A stretch of 64,000 nucleotides of DNA. Origin: an uncultured Methanosarcinales archaeon. GTDB taxonomy: Archaea; Nanobdellota; Nanobdellia; Woesearchaeales; GW2011-AR9. The stretch covers positions 288,001 through 352,000 of the forward strand of contig CAYFMJ010000001.1 in the NCBI GenBank assembly GCA_964344235.1, given 5' to 3'. The notes beneath the pieces are model-generated. The model saw only the letters and a program-made list of their open reading frames with translations. It did not search any database and had not been told where the DNA came from. The position numbers and the translations under genes were made by a program. Shown here in pieces: positions 63,390 through 64,000 of the stretch; position 1 is the stretch's first letter; every line of letters begins with the position of its first letter.

Positions 63390-64000
63390 TGCGTTGGTTT
63401 ATCTGTTGGTAGGTAAATTGTATAGATACAGGGGGGCTCATCTTTTTTAAATGTATGTTGTGTCTGAAACACTTGTGTGTTCTCTTCAGCAATTGTGTTG
63501 AGGAGCGCGGCCTTCCGTGTGTGGCAATCTGCATCTTCAGGGGCACAATGAAAGTCACAGCTGTTCACAACGGCAATGCCATAGTTATTCTTTTCTCGTT
63601 CATAGATTGCTTCACCATAATCCATCCCTGATAGAAGGATTGGCTTGTTATCAAAATACGAAATGACGAAAGGATGCGAGGAAAGGATTGGTCCAGTGAT
63701 GTTATTGTCTGTAATGATTTGTTGGACTTCTTTGTGTAATGTAGGGGGATTGTTGAAGTCAATATTCCCTGGTACGAAGCTTAGGGTAAGAATTATGCAC
63801 ACTGCCACGAGGCCAGACGGGTGGATGAATGGTTTCTTTTGTTTTTTGAAGTAATGATGGAGTTTAATGACACTATATCCAATAAACATTGCGACAAATG
63901 GAAGTGCCCCAATCATGTAGCGCAGTTCTTTTCGTGGGACTGTGATAAAGTAGAGAATAATGATAATTGTCATTAGCACAGGTAGGATTTTATGTTGGTC
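63386..64000 (-). CDS. C-terminal part of a GT-C-type membrane protein (5' end lies outside the window)
   Basis: PRKELRYMIGALPF (xxRY motif after a TM helix), then a soluble C-terminal domain. The ORF-track start at 63979 is probably internal. Confidence 0.6.
   Translation of the reverse strand, partial: DQHKILPVLMTIIIILYFITVPRKELRYMIGALPFVAMFIGYSVIKLHHYFKKQKKPFIHPSGLVAVCIILTLSFVPGNIDFNNPPTLHKEVQQIITDNNITGPILSSHPFVISYFDNKPILLSGMDYGEAIYEREKNNYGIAVVNSCDFHCAPEDADCHTRKAALLNTIAEENTQVFQTQHTFKKDEPPCIYTIYLPTDKPTQ

Noticed and set aside
1471-63854. The many 60-180 aa ORFs overlapping larger genes on the opposite strand or in other frames (for example 1688-1951, 9818-10180, 21334-21852, 45085-45408, 53042-53578)
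   Set aside because: They lie inside well-supported CDSs, show no recognisable motifs and are best explained as shadow ORFs.
1-64000. CRISPR array, tRNA/rRNA genes, transposase or integrase
   Set aside because: I saw no regularly spaced repeats, no cloverleaf-like intergenic sequence and no DDE/tyrosine-recombinase motifs by eye. A tRNAscan/Infernal run would be needed to exclude small RNAs formally.

Overview
This 64 kb window is almost entirely one archaeal surface-glycosylation locus. Archaeal origin is supported by an AglB/STT3 oligosaccharyltransferase (TVAE and WWDYG motifs, truncated at the left edge), a zinc-ribbon aMBF1, an AglH/Alg7-type GlcNAc-1-P transferase and TATA-like boxes about 22-25 nt upstream of many start codons. 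A DPANN (Woesearchaeota-like) source is my impression only. The locus holds about 63 genes: GT2/GT4/GT-C glycosyltransferases, flippases, an Alg13/Alg14 pair, a Wbp-type diacetamido-uronic acid pathway and a nonulosonic acid (NeuA/NeuB) pathway. It also holds several unusual decorating modules. (1) A phosphonate module (cytidylyltransferase-PEP mutase plus HEP-dehydrogenase-like Fe-ADH) has no phosphonopyruvate decarboxylase in the window. (2) An Arn-like lipid-carrier module carries FemAB-like GNATs in place of the formyltransferase, and a second partial copy is present. (3) A stand-alone ACP/AcpS/adenylation-enzyme/acyltransferase cassette. (4) Two B12-radical SAM enzymes each sit next to a [3Fe-4S]-type ferredoxin, one fused to DUF4346. 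(5) A GT-C/UbiA(DPPR-synthase-like)/PAP2 operon resembles the mycobacterial lipid-linked pentose route. Hand-sampled strand skew suggests the central ~21-53 kb is a less ameliorated accessory block. I found no rRNA, tRNA, CRISPR array or transposase. All family assignments come from motif recognition by eye, not from database searches.
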